Shown here: positions 8,865-18,381 of the stretch, in pieces
Layout: each line of letters begins with the position of its first letter
How positions within the stretch are numbered: the first letter of the stretch is position 1
DNA from: Candidatus Latescibacterota bacterium
GTDB taxonomy: Bacteria; Latescibacterota; UBA2968; UBA8231
Length of the DNA stretch: 64,000 bases
Assembly: GCA_965217585.1 (NCBI GenBank)
Contig: OZ244561.1
Coordinates: forward strand, 7,104,001 to 7,168,000
Direction: 5' to 3'
The notes under the pieces: generated by a model
The model's database searches: none
The model's input: the letters and a program-made list of their open reading frames with translations, nothing else
What the model was told of the DNA's origin: nothing
Translations under genes and position numbers: made by a program

Positions 8865-10624
8865 TCCGACAACTTCCGAACATACACGTAGTAAGGGGCG
8901 ATGGTCCGCTCGGTGTGGTCGTAGAACGAGGCGTATAGCCGGTCGAGGCCAGCGGCGAGGTCGATCTCAAAGCAAGCGCTCGTCGCGGTGGGATCGACTT
9001 CTTGCTGGAGGTTCTGGCCGCCGATGGATAGCTGCGCCCAGCCGAGAGTGAGGGCGACCCCGCCTTCGTAGGCCGGAGCATCTTTCGGCTGGATGCCATC
9101 GCGGTACCAGCCGCTGTCGTCGCCCTCAATCCCCGCAGCCAGCGCATAGCCGGTTTCCTCGGGCCAGCGCCGCAGCTCAATCTGGTAGCGCCCCGCCTCT
9201 TTGACATCGACGGCCCAAAAACCACTCGCGACCTGCCCGGCGCGAACTTGGCGCTGATTCCAGACGGCGTTACACGCCTCATTGCGAATATCGTGGGTGG
9301 TGAGTTTGGCCGGTTGGTCGTCCCCGCCCAAGGCAATCGGCTCGTCGCGGTCGAATTGCTTGGATACGAGCTCCCACCAGTCATCGTACGCAGCGCACAG
9401 TTCGGCGACGGTGTCGGGATGCTCAGCGGCGATGTCCTGCCGCTGCCCGGGATCCGCGCCGAGGTCGTAGAGCGCGCGACCGTCGATGAGTCGCCACTTG
9501 CCCTTCATCACCGCGCTCTTGCGCCATTTGACCGGATCGGCCACGCGCTGGGTGTCACAGACGTTGACGCGGTTGGCCCAAGCCGAATCGTCTGCGTCGT
9601 GCAGTAACGGCGTTAGGCTCTGACCGTGGAAGGTGCGGCCGGCCGGGACCTCAACACCGCACAAGTCGAGCAGGGTCGGCATGAAATCCACGTAGCTGGT
9701 CAGCGCGTTGATGTCGCGGCCGCCGGCGATGTGCCCGTTGGGGTAGCGGATGAGGAAGGGCACGCGGTGGCCGCCTTCGTACTGGGAGCCTTTTTTGCCG
9801 CGCATTCCAGCGTTGTAACTGCCCGGCCCTTCGCGGGGGAACTGATCGGCGTCTAATTCGACGCCCGTGGCCGTGCCGTTGTCGGTCATAAAGATGAGGA
9901 TGGTATTGTCGGCGATACCCAATTCGTCGAGATGGGCCTGCAAGCGGCCGAAGTTCTCGTCGATGTTGGTGATCATGCCGTAGAAGCGGGCGCGCGCTTC
10001 GTGCGGGGTGGCGTCGCGGTATTGCTCGACGTAGTGTGGCTCCACGTTGAGCGGTCCGTGCGGCGCGTTGGTAGCGATGTAACAGAAAAAGGGCGCGTCG
10101 GCGTTCTCTTCGATAAAGCGCCGACCCTCGCGGAAGAACACGTCCGTGCAATAGCCCTCGTACGGGGTGGGGACGCCGTTTTTGAAATAGGTGTCGTCAA
10201 AGTAATCGTTGCCCCAAGGGTCGCCCGTATTGCCGATGCCGCCGCCCGCGTGGTACACGGATTCGGCAAAGCCGCGCTCGTGCGGGCGATAGGGCGGGCT
10301 GTCGCCGAGGTGCCACTTGCCGAAGTGCCCGGTGCGGTAGCCAGCGCCGGTGAGCGCGTCGGCGAGGGTCCACTCATCGGCGCGCAACAGCGAGCGGCCG
10401 CCGATGGTGTGCCAGACGCCGGCGCTATTGCAGTAGTGGCCGGTGAGAAGACCGGCGCGGGTGGGGGCGCAGGTAGAGCCGACGTGGTAGTCGGTGAAGC
10501 GCACGGCCTCTTGATGGAAGCGATCGAGACAAGGCGTGCGGATCGCGCTGTTGCCGTGGCAGCCCAAGTCGCCGTAGCCTTGGTCGTCGGTGAGGACGAA
10601 GACGATGTTGGGGCGCGGGGCCAT
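8861..10624 (-). CDS. Arylsulfatase (FGly-dependent)
   Basis: 'PNIVFVLTDDQG', 'CAPTRAGLLTG' (CxPxR), 'GKWHLG', 'TDNG', 'EGGHRVP'. Confidence 0.92.
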   Translation of the reverse strand: MAPRPNIVFVLTDDQGYGDLGCHGNSAIRTPCLDRFHQEAVRFTDYHVGSTCAPTRAGLLTGHYCNSAGVWHTIGGRSLLRADEWTLADALTGAGYRTGHFGKWHLGDSPPYRPHERGFAESVYHAGGGIGNTGDPWGNDYFDDTYFKNGVPTPYEGYCTDVFFREGRRFIEENADAPFFCYIATNAPHGPLNVEPHYVEQYRDATPHEARARFYGMITNIDENFGRLQAHLDELGIADNTILIFMTDNGTATGVELDADQFPREGPGSYNAGMRGKKGSQYEGGHRVPFLIRYPNGHIAGGRDINALTSYVDFMPTLLDLCGVEVPAGRTFHGQSLTPLLHDADDSAWANRVNVCDTQRVADPVKWRKSAVMKGKWRLIDGRALYDLGADPGQRQDIAAEHPDTVAELCAAYDDWWELVSKQFDRDEPIALGGDDQPAKLTTHDIRNEACNAVWNQRQVRAGQVASGFWAVDVKEAGRYQIELRRWPEETGYALAAGIEGDDSGWYRDGIQPKDAPAYEGGVALTLGWAQLSIGGQNLQQEVDPTATSACFEIDLAAGLDRLYASFYDHTERTIAPYYVYVRKLSD

Positions 10625-10627
10625 GAG

Positions 10628-11368
10628 CTATTGTTCCTGTTCGGCGCGCCAGGCTTCGTATTCGGCGCGGGCTTCTTCGCTGAGCGGGTAGTACTTGCGC
10701 AGGTGTCCGCCCTCGGCCAGCTTCATGCGGCTGAAGTCCTCCCACTCGGCGTGGGCTTGGGCCTTTTCGGTCAGTTCAGGGGCGAGCTGGGCCGGAACGA
10801 CGGTAGCGCCGTCGTCGTCGGCAACGATGATGTCGCCGGGCATGACGAGGGTGTTGCCGCAGGCGATGGGCACGTTGACCGCGAAGGGGACGATGTTGGT
10901 CTGGGTGTGGAAATTGGGGGTCGTGCCGCGCAGCCAAAGCCCGATATCGAGGTCTTTGAGCACCTGGGGGAAGTCGCGGATGCAGCCGTCGATGACCGCG
11001 CCGATGCCGCCGCGCCCCATGAAAAAGGTGAGCATCATCTCGCCGAAGACCCCGCTGTGCAGGTCGCCACGGGCATCGACGACGATGATGTCGCCAGGTT
11101 GGGTGTGGTAGAGGGCGTGACGGTGAAGTTGTTTTTCCGGGTCGGCGTATTCATCGACGGCATACTGGTCTTCGCGTTTGGGCATAAACTGCAAGGTCAG
11201 GGCTGGGCCGACGACGTGCTTGCCTGTGGTGCGGGCGACCGGGCCCTGGATATGAGGGTCGCGGATGCCCAAGCGGGCGAGTTCGCCAGCGGCCGTGGCG
11301 CTGCTAATGCCGGAGAGCTGGGCGACGAGGTCTTTAGGGGGGCGTTGGATGTCGTTGGTTTCGACCAT
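10628..11368 (-). CDS. RraA / HMG-CHA aldolase family protein
   Basis: Start MVETND with AGGAG; 'GDIIVVDA', 'GVFGEMM', 'IDGCIRD', 'VMPGDIIVADDDG'. Confidence 0.85.
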   Translation of the reverse strand: MVETNDIQRPPKDLVAQLSGISSATAAGELARLGIRDPHIQGPVARTTGKHVVGPALTLQFMPKREDQYAVDEYADPEKQLHRHALYHTQPGDIIVVDARGDLHSGVFGEMMLTFFMGRGGIGAVIDGCIRDFPQVLKDLDIGLWLRGTTPNFHTQTNIVPFAVNVPIACGNTLVMPGDIIVADDDGATVVPAQLAPELTEKAQAHAEWEDFSRMKLAEGGHLRKYYPLSEEARAEYEAWRAEQEQ

Positions 11369-11544
11369 GATATCTCCTGTTTTTAGGTGCGAGTAATTCA
11401 TTTAAGCTAAGAATGAGGCGTCAGTAGGGTCAATCCCGAATGAGTAGCAGGAGCTTAAGCGGTTGGCTATTATTGGACATCTGGCATAGTGAGCGGTCGT
11501 GGACGAACCAAGAGATGTAAGCCCTCCCAATGAGGAGATGATCT

Positions 11545-13056
11545 ATGTTGACCCGACTAAAAGTCTCTAACTTCAAAAATTTGGTGGATGTGGATTTGTA
11601 TCTTGGTCCGTTTACCTGTGTAGTCGGACCGAATGGGGTGGGTAAGTCGAATCTATTCGACGCGATTCGATTTCTGAGCGCGCTGGCCAACCGCACGCTC
11701 ATGGAGGCCGCCGCCACCGTGCGCGACCAAGACAGCCGCACCACACCCGTGCGCGACCTTTTCCACCGCGTGGGAGACCACTATGCCGAGCGCATGACTT
11801 TTGAAGCAGAGATGATCGTGCCGCGGCGGGCCATCGACGACTTGGGACAGGAGGCCGAGGCCAGTATTACATTTTTGCGTTATTCCCTAGAGCTTGCCTA
11901 TCGAGAGACGGCCGACAGCTTGGTGCGAGGTAATCTCGCTATCGTCAAAGAAGAATTAGTCCATATCACCCACGGCGATGCCCCCCGACATCTTTTATTT
12001 CCTCACAGTGTAAAGGACTGGCGCAAATCCGCAGTGTACGGCAAGCGCCACGCACCCTATTTCATTTCAACTACAGGCGAGGGCGAAAACAGGGTCATAA
12101 AACTACATCAGGATGGCGGCAGCAGCGGGCGTCCTTTGCCCCGGTCGGCCGCTAATCTACCTCGCACGGTGCTTTCCATCGCCAATGCGGCGGAAAGCCC
12201 TACAGTATTGGCTGCTCGCCGAGAGATGGAATCTTGGCAGATGCTGCAACTGGAACCTTCGGCACTGAGAAGACCCGATGAATTTAGTGCTCATACACGC
12301 TTAGGAGCGGATGGCCGCTATCTGGCGGCTACGTTGCATCGCTTGGCTCGCCATGATGGGCAAAACCAAGACATCACTGAACAACAGCTTCTAGACTTGA
12401 CGATCCAACTCGAAACTCAACCCTCGGCTCCCCAAAAAGTATATAGTCAGATCGCCAACCGCTTGGCCGAACTCATCGACGGTGTGCATGAGATCCATAT
12501 AGAGCCAGATGAGAAGCGGGAGTTATTGACTTTATATGTAAAAAACGAGGAGGGAACCTTTCATCCAGCACGCGCCCTATCGGATGGCACCTTGCGCTTC
12601 CTCGCGCTGGCCGTCCTGGAGAGCGACCCGCAAATGCAGGGGGTGCTCTGTTTGGAAGAGCCGGAAAACGGCATTCATCCGGCGCGGATTCCGGCCATAC
12701 TGCAACTACTCAGGGATATTGCGGTGGATACCCAAGAGCCTGTTGGGGAGGATAATCCATTACGCCAAGTGATCGTCAATACTCACTCGCCTGCAGTATT
12801 CCAACAAGTCCCGGATGATAGCGTCGTATTTGTAAAGGCAAGAGAGGCCATAGACGAGGAAAGACGCCTCTGCAAAAAGGCCCATTTTCTCTGCCTGTCC
12901 GATACTTGGCGAGCCAAAGTGAGCGAAGACGCCGCCCGCGGTGATCTGCTCCCTTATTTGAATCCAGTACTGCCTAAGAATTACGTAGAGGTATCAAGGC
13001 AGAAGCGGGTAGTCGATAGAGAAGATATGCAGCAACTGCTTCTGGCACTTTCCTAG
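11545..13056 (+). CDS. ABC-type AAA_21 (AbiEii/OLD-like) ATPase
   Basis: Walker A GPNGVGKS, signature 'LSDGTLR', Walker B 'LEEPENGIHP', 'IVNTHSP'. Confidence 0.88.
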   Translation: MLTRLKVSNFKNLVDVDLYLGPFTCVVGPNGVGKSNLFDAIRFLSALANRTLMEAAATVRDQDSRTTPVRDLFHRVGDHYAERMTFEAEMIVPRRAIDDLGQEAEASITFLRYSLELAYRETADSLVRGNLAIVKEELVHITHGDAPRHLLFPHSVKDWRKSAVYGKRHAPYFISTTGEGENRVIKLHQDGGSSGRPLPRSAANLPRTVLSIANAAESPTVLAARREMESWQMLQLEPSALRRPDEFSAHTRLGADGRYLAATLHRLARHDGQNQDITEQQLLDLTIQLETQPSAPQKVYSQIANRLAELIDGVHEIHIEPDEKRELLTLYVKNEEGTFHPARALSDGTLRFLALAVLESDPQMQGVLCLEEPENGIHPARIPAILQLLRDIAVDTQEPVGEDNPLRQVIVNTHSPAVFQQVPDDSVVFVKAREAIDEERRLCKKAHFLCLSDTWRAKVSEDAARGDLLPYLNPVLPKNYVEVSRQKRVVDREDMQQLLLALS

Positions 13057-13124
13057 TAGGCTTGGCGTAGGATGCAGCGACTGCGCTACACGCTGGTGGC
13101 AAATCTTAAAATAGGAGGAAGCTC

Positions 13125-14219
13125 ATGACAGTGGAAGATCGCGGCTCGGCCATTCGGGTCGAGCGCCTGACGGCCATTCCGGTGGGGGCCAAGGGCTACG
13201 TGAAGGTGGAGACGAACATGGGGGTGGTCGGCTGGGGCGAGATCAACAACATGGAGACCAAGGTCGCCTGCGCCTTGGCCGAGTCGCTGGGATCGCTCAT
13301 CGTCGGCGAAAACCCGACGCGCATTGAGCACCACTGGCAGCGGCTGTTCCGCGCCCATCGCAACCTGCGCGGCGGCGGGTTGATGCTGCACGTGATTGCG
13401 GCCATTGACATGGCGCTGTGGGACATTGCCGGCAAGCTCTATCAGGTGCCGGTGTATCGCCTGTTGGGCGGCCCCTGCCGCGACAAGGTGTGGATGTACC
13501 CTAGCCCCAAGGCGATCAAGGTCGGCCCTGGGGGCGCGCAATATCACGCAGGTACGCCGGCTGAGGTGGCAGAGTTGGTGCAGCGGGTGGCCGACGCCCG
13601 CGCCAAGGTGGGGCCGGATGGGGCGGTGATGTTCGACGCGCATAGCATGTTGCCGCTGCCGCTGGTCAAGCAATTTGCCGGTTATCTCAAGCCGGACGAT
13701 TTGCTCTTTTTGGAAGAGGCGTGGGTGCCGGGCAACATCGAGGCCATGCACAAGCTGCGCGCGGCCGTGCCCGTGCCGTTGGCTACCGGCGAGCGCGACC
13801 GCACCATTTGGGAGGTGCGTGAGATCTTGGAGGCCCAGGTCGTCGATATCCTGCAGCCCGACTGCGGCCACGGCGGCGGCATCAGCCAGATGCAGAAAGT
13901 CGCCGCCCTGTGCGAGGCGCATCACGTGCCGATCGCCCCGCATTGCACCATGTCGTTTTTGGGCCTGACAGCGAGCTTACACGTGGCAGCATCGGTGGCG
14001 TTTTTCCTCATCCACGAGGGCTACGATCACCAATTGCCCGAAGGCGTGGCGCACAAGACGTGGACCTTGGACGCGGAGGGATTTGCGTCGTTGCCCGAGG
14101 GGCCGGGGTTGGGAGTGGAGATCGACGAGGGAAAGGCCATTGCCGTGGGGCAGGAGAGCGGGCGGCAGTTTAAGTGGCCGGATAATCGGCTGCGGGATGG
14201 ATCGGTGGCGGATTATTAA
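13125..14219 (+). CDS. Mandelate racemase/muconate lactonizing enzyme family (acid-sugar dehydratase-like)
   Basis: 'AAIDMALWDIAGK...PVYRLLGG', 'MFDAH', 'LEE', 'LATGER', 'ILQPD', 'IAPHC'. Confidence 0.88.
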   Translation: MTVEDRGSAIRVERLTAIPVGAKGYVKVETNMGVVGWGEINNMETKVACALAESLGSLIVGENPTRIEHHWQRLFRAHRNLRGGGLMLHVIAAIDMALWDIAGKLYQVPVYRLLGGPCRDKVWMYPSPKAIKVGPGGAQYHAGTPAEVAELVQRVADARAKVGPDGAVMFDAHSMLPLPLVKQFAGYLKPDDLLFLEEAWVPGNIEAMHKLRAAVPVPLATGERDRTIWEVREILEAQVVDILQPDCGHGGGISQMQKVAALCEAHHVPIAPHCTMSFLGLTASLHVAASVAFFLIHEGYDHQLPEGVAHKTWTLDAEGFASLPEGPGLGVEIDEGKAIAVGQESGRQFKWPDNRLRDGSVADY

Positions 14220-14222
14220 AAG

Positions 14223-14265
14223 GGAGCCTTTATCTGCAAAAGCGATTGATGCAGATAAAGGCTCC
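14223..14265. terminator. Hairpin between convergent genes, likely terminator
   Basis: Perfect 16-bp inverted repeat ggagcctttatctgca / tgcagataaaggctcc. Confidence 0.7.
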
Positions 14266-14337
14266 ACAACTTATAGCGGGAATTGAGAAGCTGCTTTGAA
14301 ATTCCCGATTTTAACGGGACGTATGATTACTGGTCTG

Positions 14338-16716
14338 CTACTCCTCTTCTACTACTTCCTCTTCTACTGCTTCCCCTGCCACTACTTCTATCTCAAGGAT
14401 TTTAAAACCTTCGAGCAATAAATCGACGTCTTGCTGCGTGGAAATAGGCGCAGGGGGGGCAGGAGGAGGACCGGGAGGAAAGGCTCCAGGTGGCGGAAGT
14501 TCATCAAAGCCGCCTTCGGGTTCGCCTTCACCTTCTTCACCTTCACCACCTTCAGGTTCACCCTCACCTTCTCCTTCACCTTCACCACCTTCAGGTTCAC
14601 CCTCACCTTCTCCTTCACCTTCACCACCTTCAGGTTCACCCTCACCTTCTCCTTCACCTTCACCACCTTCAGGTTCACCCTCACCTTCTCCTTCACCTTC
14701 ACCACCTTCAGGTTCGCCTTCTCCATCTACAAACTCAGGCGGTGGCTCGGGAAATGCCGGTGGCGGGGGTGGCGGGGGTGGCGCGACAAACGTCAAGCGA
14801 GCTTTTAAGAGGACATTCTCGTCGGGTTTATTCAGTCGTGCAAAAACATCATCGAGCGTTTCCTCACCCCCAAAAAACGATGGCGGTGGGCCGAACAACA
14901 GCGCATCGTCCCCTAATAGTGCGGCGGACCCCACTTCGAGTTGGTAAAAGCCAGGGAAGAGCGTGTCCGGCACGCTGAGGGCTAGCTCGACTTCCCGGTC
15001 CTTGGTCCGTCCCACGCGCAGTGAAGAGGTAATATTCAGCGTACTCCCAAGACTGACGACCGTGTCGGCAGTAACCTTCGTCAGGGTGGCAAAACGAGTC
15101 TCAGGAATCATTTCGACATGCACCTCGGCCTCGCGCACATATACGGCGTAATCGTACCTCGTCATAAGCTCCGAAAGTGCGAACGACACGTCGCCATAGG
15201 CATTAAAAATTGAGGCAAAGAGCCGTCCGCCTGGTGAGGAGTAGAGCCGGGAACGAGTGAGTGTTGAATCGGAGCCGGCAAAAGCGATATCCGTCGTAAC
15301 GCGGATACTGTGATCAGGATCGTTGTCGACCCGGTTGGCCAAGGGATAAAAGAATGCATTGGAGACGAGATCGAGCGAGGTATATGGGCTGATACCGACG
15401 GCCATCCTGTGCGTAAGTTCGAGTTCGCTCCCTGAAGGAAACGTATAGACGCTCTTAACAGGTACTAATTCTGGTTCCTGATCGAGCACGCCGCGCACCG
15501 CGGGCAAACGGTCTTCGGTCAGAGTGCCCCGCACCGTTGGATTCAGCGTTGCAAACTTGAACGGAGCGGACAAATTGGAAATTTCGCCGAGCACCTTTGC
15601 TTCGATTATGGGAAGCTCTACCGGACCGCTACTATTCATTGGATGCCCAAACCCATAGACCCGGTTGCCATCGACGTACGATATGGTTCCCATCGCACCC
15701 AGCGTAAGCTCACCGAGCAGCAACCCAACGGTCAGTGGCCTGCCGGCCTCAAAGCTGGCCTGACGCTCTTGGGTCAGACCAGCGGCGCTGGCTCCGCTCA
15801 GGATAGACGAACGCCCTTCAGGCAGCGAACGCACCCCATTGAGTCCCGTGCTGAGCAAGGGGGTATCCAAGGGAGTAATGCCGTTTCCTTCCCACGTGGC
15901 CGTGGGTTTGGCCGCAGGCATCATTCCCCGCGTGCCGATGACCCATTCTATGGGCGTGGCAAAAAAGTAGTACGGCGGGTTGTCTTGGGCAGAAAATCCA
16001 TAAGCAATGGCACCCCAGGTGCCCTGCTCCGTAAAAATGGGCGAACCGCTCATCCCCTGAGCAATGCCCCCAAGCTGTATCAGAACAGGGTCCGAGGCTT
16101 CGACCATATAGACCGGCATCGGTGCCAAAAAATCATCAACCACCTGGACGAACGTCATTTCGAGATCGGCGAGCTCGCCGTTAGCAAATTCAGTGCGCAG
16201 GAATACGGGCGTGCCCGGGGGCATGGCACGAACCTCGTCAGCCGAGACTATGGGCGAAAGATCCCAAGGCTTTAACTCCCCGGTGGGCCGCAAAATCGCT
16301 TCTGGAGCCAGGATGGAACCGGCAGCCGCCAGCATGGAATCAGCGGCGGCCAGCATGGTATTCGCGGCGGCTAGCATGGAAGCCGCATCGGCCGCTATCG
16401 TCGAATCTGCGTCTGCGGCGACCATTGCATTGGCGGCGGCGATCATCGAATTCGCGGTAGCCATCATGTCATTAGCAGCGGCCAGCATGGAATCGGCATC
16501 GGCGGCTATTGTTGAATCCGCGTCCGCAGCGATCATTATATTCGCGGTGGTCAGCATGGAATCGGCGGTGGCCAGCATGGTATTGGCGGCGACCAGCATG
16601 GAATCCGCGGTGGCGATCATCGAATCGACGGCAGCCGCCGTTGGTGCAGGATCGTCGTCGTCCCCACAACTCCATAGACCAACGGCGAGTGCGAGTAGTG
16701 CTAAACGAATCGGCAT
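14338..16716 (-). CDS. Lipoprotein with SpoIVB/S55 peptidase domain and two low-complexity repeat regions
   Basis: Lipobox-like LWSC; 'GGIAQGMSGSPI...GAIAYG', 'GTISYVDGNRVYGFGHP'; N-terminal AADSML repeats and C-terminal GEPEGGEGEGEGE repeats. Confidence 0.8.
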   Translation of the reverse strand: MPIRLALLALAVGLWSCGDDDDPAPTAAAVDSMIATADSMLVAANTMLATADSMLTTANIMIAADADSTIAADADSMLAAANDMMATANSMIAAANAMVAADADSTIAADAASMLAAANTMLAAADSMLAAAGSILAPEAILRPTGELKPWDLSPIVSADEVRAMPPGTPVFLRTEFANGELADLEMTFVQVVDDFLAPMPVYMVEASDPVLIQLGGIAQGMSGSPIFTEQGTWGAIAYGFSAQDNPPYYFFATPIEWVIGTRGMMPAAKPTATWEGNGITPLDTPLLSTGLNGVRSLPEGRSSILSGASAAGLTQERQASFEAGRPLTVGLLLGELTLGAMGTISYVDGNRVYGFGHPMNSSGPVELPIIEAKVLGEISNLSAPFKFATLNPTVRGTLTEDRLPAVRGVLDQEPELVPVKSVYTFPSGSELELTHRMAVGISPYTSLDLVSNAFFYPLANRVDNDPDHSIRVTTDIAFAGSDSTLTRSRLYSSPGGRLFASIFNAYGDVSFALSELMTRYDYAVYVREAEVHVEMIPETRFATLTKVTADTVVSLGSTLNITSSLRVGRTKDREVELALSVPDTLFPGFYQLEVGSAALLGDDALLFGPPPSFFGGEETLDDVFARLNKPDENVLLKARLTFVAPPPPPPPPAFPEPPPEFVDGEGEPEGGEGEGEGEGEPEGGEGEGEGEGEPEGGEGEGEGEGEPEGGEGEGEGEGEPEGGEGEEGEGEPEGGFDELPPPGAFPPGPPPAPPAPISTQQDVDLLLEGFKILEIEVVAGEAVEEEVVEEE
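14512..14723. repeat. 39-bp coding tandem repeat (4 perfect copies plus degenerate flanks)
   Basis: Unit accttcaggttcaccctcaccttctccttcaccttcacc, encoding a 13-aa Gly/Glu/Pro repeat on the minus strand. Confidence 0.9.
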
Positions 16717-16928
16717 AATACGTGTTCTCCTACATTAAAGTGTACTCGGTGTGTGCAGTTCAATCTTGTCCCGTTCCATCAAGAGATGGTCGGCCAAATC
16801 CTATCCTGCTTGGGGGTAGCGGGTGTGGATCAGGAGGGAAATATAAAGTACGCAGAATTTCCGTTTTGTGAAAGGTCGCAACCGCAAGGCGAAGGACACC
16901 CGCACCGTACGTGCCGGCTGCTATTCCA

Positions 16929-17573
16929 CTACGCGGTCAGGGTGTCCATCAGGGCTTGGGCGATCACCAAATGTCCGGCTTGATTGGGGTGGACCGGTTC
17001 TGGACAGAAGGTATCGGCGTCGCGGTACTGGAGCTGCCGTTGGAAGATGTCGTGTAGGCGCACTAGGCGGGCATCAAAGCGCTCGGCTAGCCGCTCCACT
17101 ACTTCGATGTACCGAGGCAATAGTTCGAGCACTTGGCTACGGAAGGTTTGGTCGCTGTGGTCGGTGGAAATGTAAAATGGAGTGAGCAATACGAGGGGAC
17201 AGCCCAGTTCGTCTTGGGTAAGCCCTAGTACGTGTTCATAGACGGCGGCGAAGCGGGCTGGATCGACGCCGTCTTCGGCACCGCGCAAATGGCTGTGCAG
17301 GTCGTTGATGCCGATTTTGACAGACAGCCGGTCCGGCCGGTGGTAGAGCACGTCGTCCCGCCAGCGGGCGGCTAGGTCGGTGACGCGGTTGCCGCCGATG
17401 CCTTTGTTGATGTAGCGGACCCGTCGCTCGGGGAAGCGGGCAGTGGCCAACTCGGTGAACAGGCGCGCGTACCCATTGCCCAGCGGGGCCTCGGCACCGC
17501 GGCGACCGCAGTCGGTGATGCTGTCGCCGATCAACAGCAGCGTTTGTCCGTCTTCAATCCAGTATTGGCTCAT
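16929..17573 (-). CDS. SGNH/GDSL hydrolase
   Basis: Start MSQYWIEDG; 'IGDSITD', 'NKGIGGN', 'IGIND', 'EPVHPN'. Confidence 0.88.
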   Translation of the reverse strand: MSQYWIEDGQTLLLIGDSITDCGRRGAEAPLGNGYARLFTELATARFPERRVRYINKGIGGNRVTDLAARWRDDVLYHRPDRLSVKIGINDLHSHLRGAEDGVDPARFAAVYEHVLGLTQDELGCPLVLLTPFYISTDHSDQTFRSQVLELLPRYIEVVERLAERFDARLVRLHDIFQRQLQYRDADTFCPEPVHPNQAGHLVIAQALMDTLTA

Positions 17574-17602
17574 GGATATTTCTCTTGGTTGGAGGAGGTG
17601 GC

Positions 17603-18367
17603 TCAGACGCAGCCGGCGTGTTCTTGCCCCCGCAGCAGGGGATAGTCGGGTTTGTCTTGGGGAGCACCCGTCCAGCGCGAGTGGGCGCTCATGTAGTGGG
17701 TGGCCATACCGCGGCGGCGCGTCGTCGTCTGGTTGGGGCCGGAGCGATGCAGGAGCAGGCTGTGGTGGAAGGAGCAGTCGCCCGCTTGCAGCAGGATGGG
17801 CTGTTCGCGCTGGTGGTCGATGGCTGCGTCGGGAACTGTCTTGTCTTGCCGCGAGCCGACCATCCACACCTCGCTGTGGTCCACTAGCCCCTCGCGGTGG
17901 CTGCCCGACACGACCCATAGGCAGCCATTTTCAAGGGTTACATCGTCTAAGGCGACCCAAGCGGTGGCGAGGGCCATCGGCTCGATGTGAAAGTACGCGG
18001 AGTCTTGGTGATAGGTCTTTTCTATGCCGCCTGGCCCCTTAATAAAAACTTGGTCGCCGTAGAGCTTGACGTCTGGGCCGAGCAGGTCGGCAGCGGCGGT
18101 GAGGAGGGCCCCCCGCATTGCGTGGTCGCGGAAGAAAGCATCGCATTCGGACGGGCCGTTGATCTTGCGCAGATGGTCGATGTGGCGTTGCTGGGGCGCG
18201 TTGGGGTCGAACTCGATGTTCGCCTCCGGGAAGGGCAGCGCGCCCGAGGCGATCCCTTCGATGTGGGTGCGGAGCTCGTGCAAGTCTTCTGCGGAAAGGG
18301 CGTTGCGCAAGATGGTGTACCCGTCTTGCTGGTACTGGGCGATTTGTTCGGGGCTGAGTACGGACAT
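17603..18367 (-). CDS. Phytanoyl-CoA dioxygenase (PhyH) family
   Basis: Start MSVLSPEQ; 'YHQDSAY' HxD, 'WVALDD...ENGCL', 'HHSLLLHRSGPN'. Confidence 0.88.
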   Translation of the reverse strand: MSVLSPEQIAQYQQDGYTILRNALSAEDLHELRTHIEGIASGALPFPEANIEFDPNAPQQRHIDHLRKINGPSECDAFFRDHAMRGALLTAAADLLGPDVKLYGDQVFIKGPGGIEKTYHQDSAYFHIEPMALATAWVALDDVTLENGCLWVVSGSHREGLVDHSEVWMVGSRQDKTVPDAAIDHQREQPILLQAGDCSFHHSLLLHRSGPNQTTTRRRGMATHYMSAHSRWTGAPQDKPDYPLLRGQEHAGCV

Positions 18368-18381
18368 GGTTTGCTCCAAAT

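Noticed and set aside
9932-11386. 484-aa + strand ORF
   Set aside because: Antisense shadow of the sulfatase and RraA genes.
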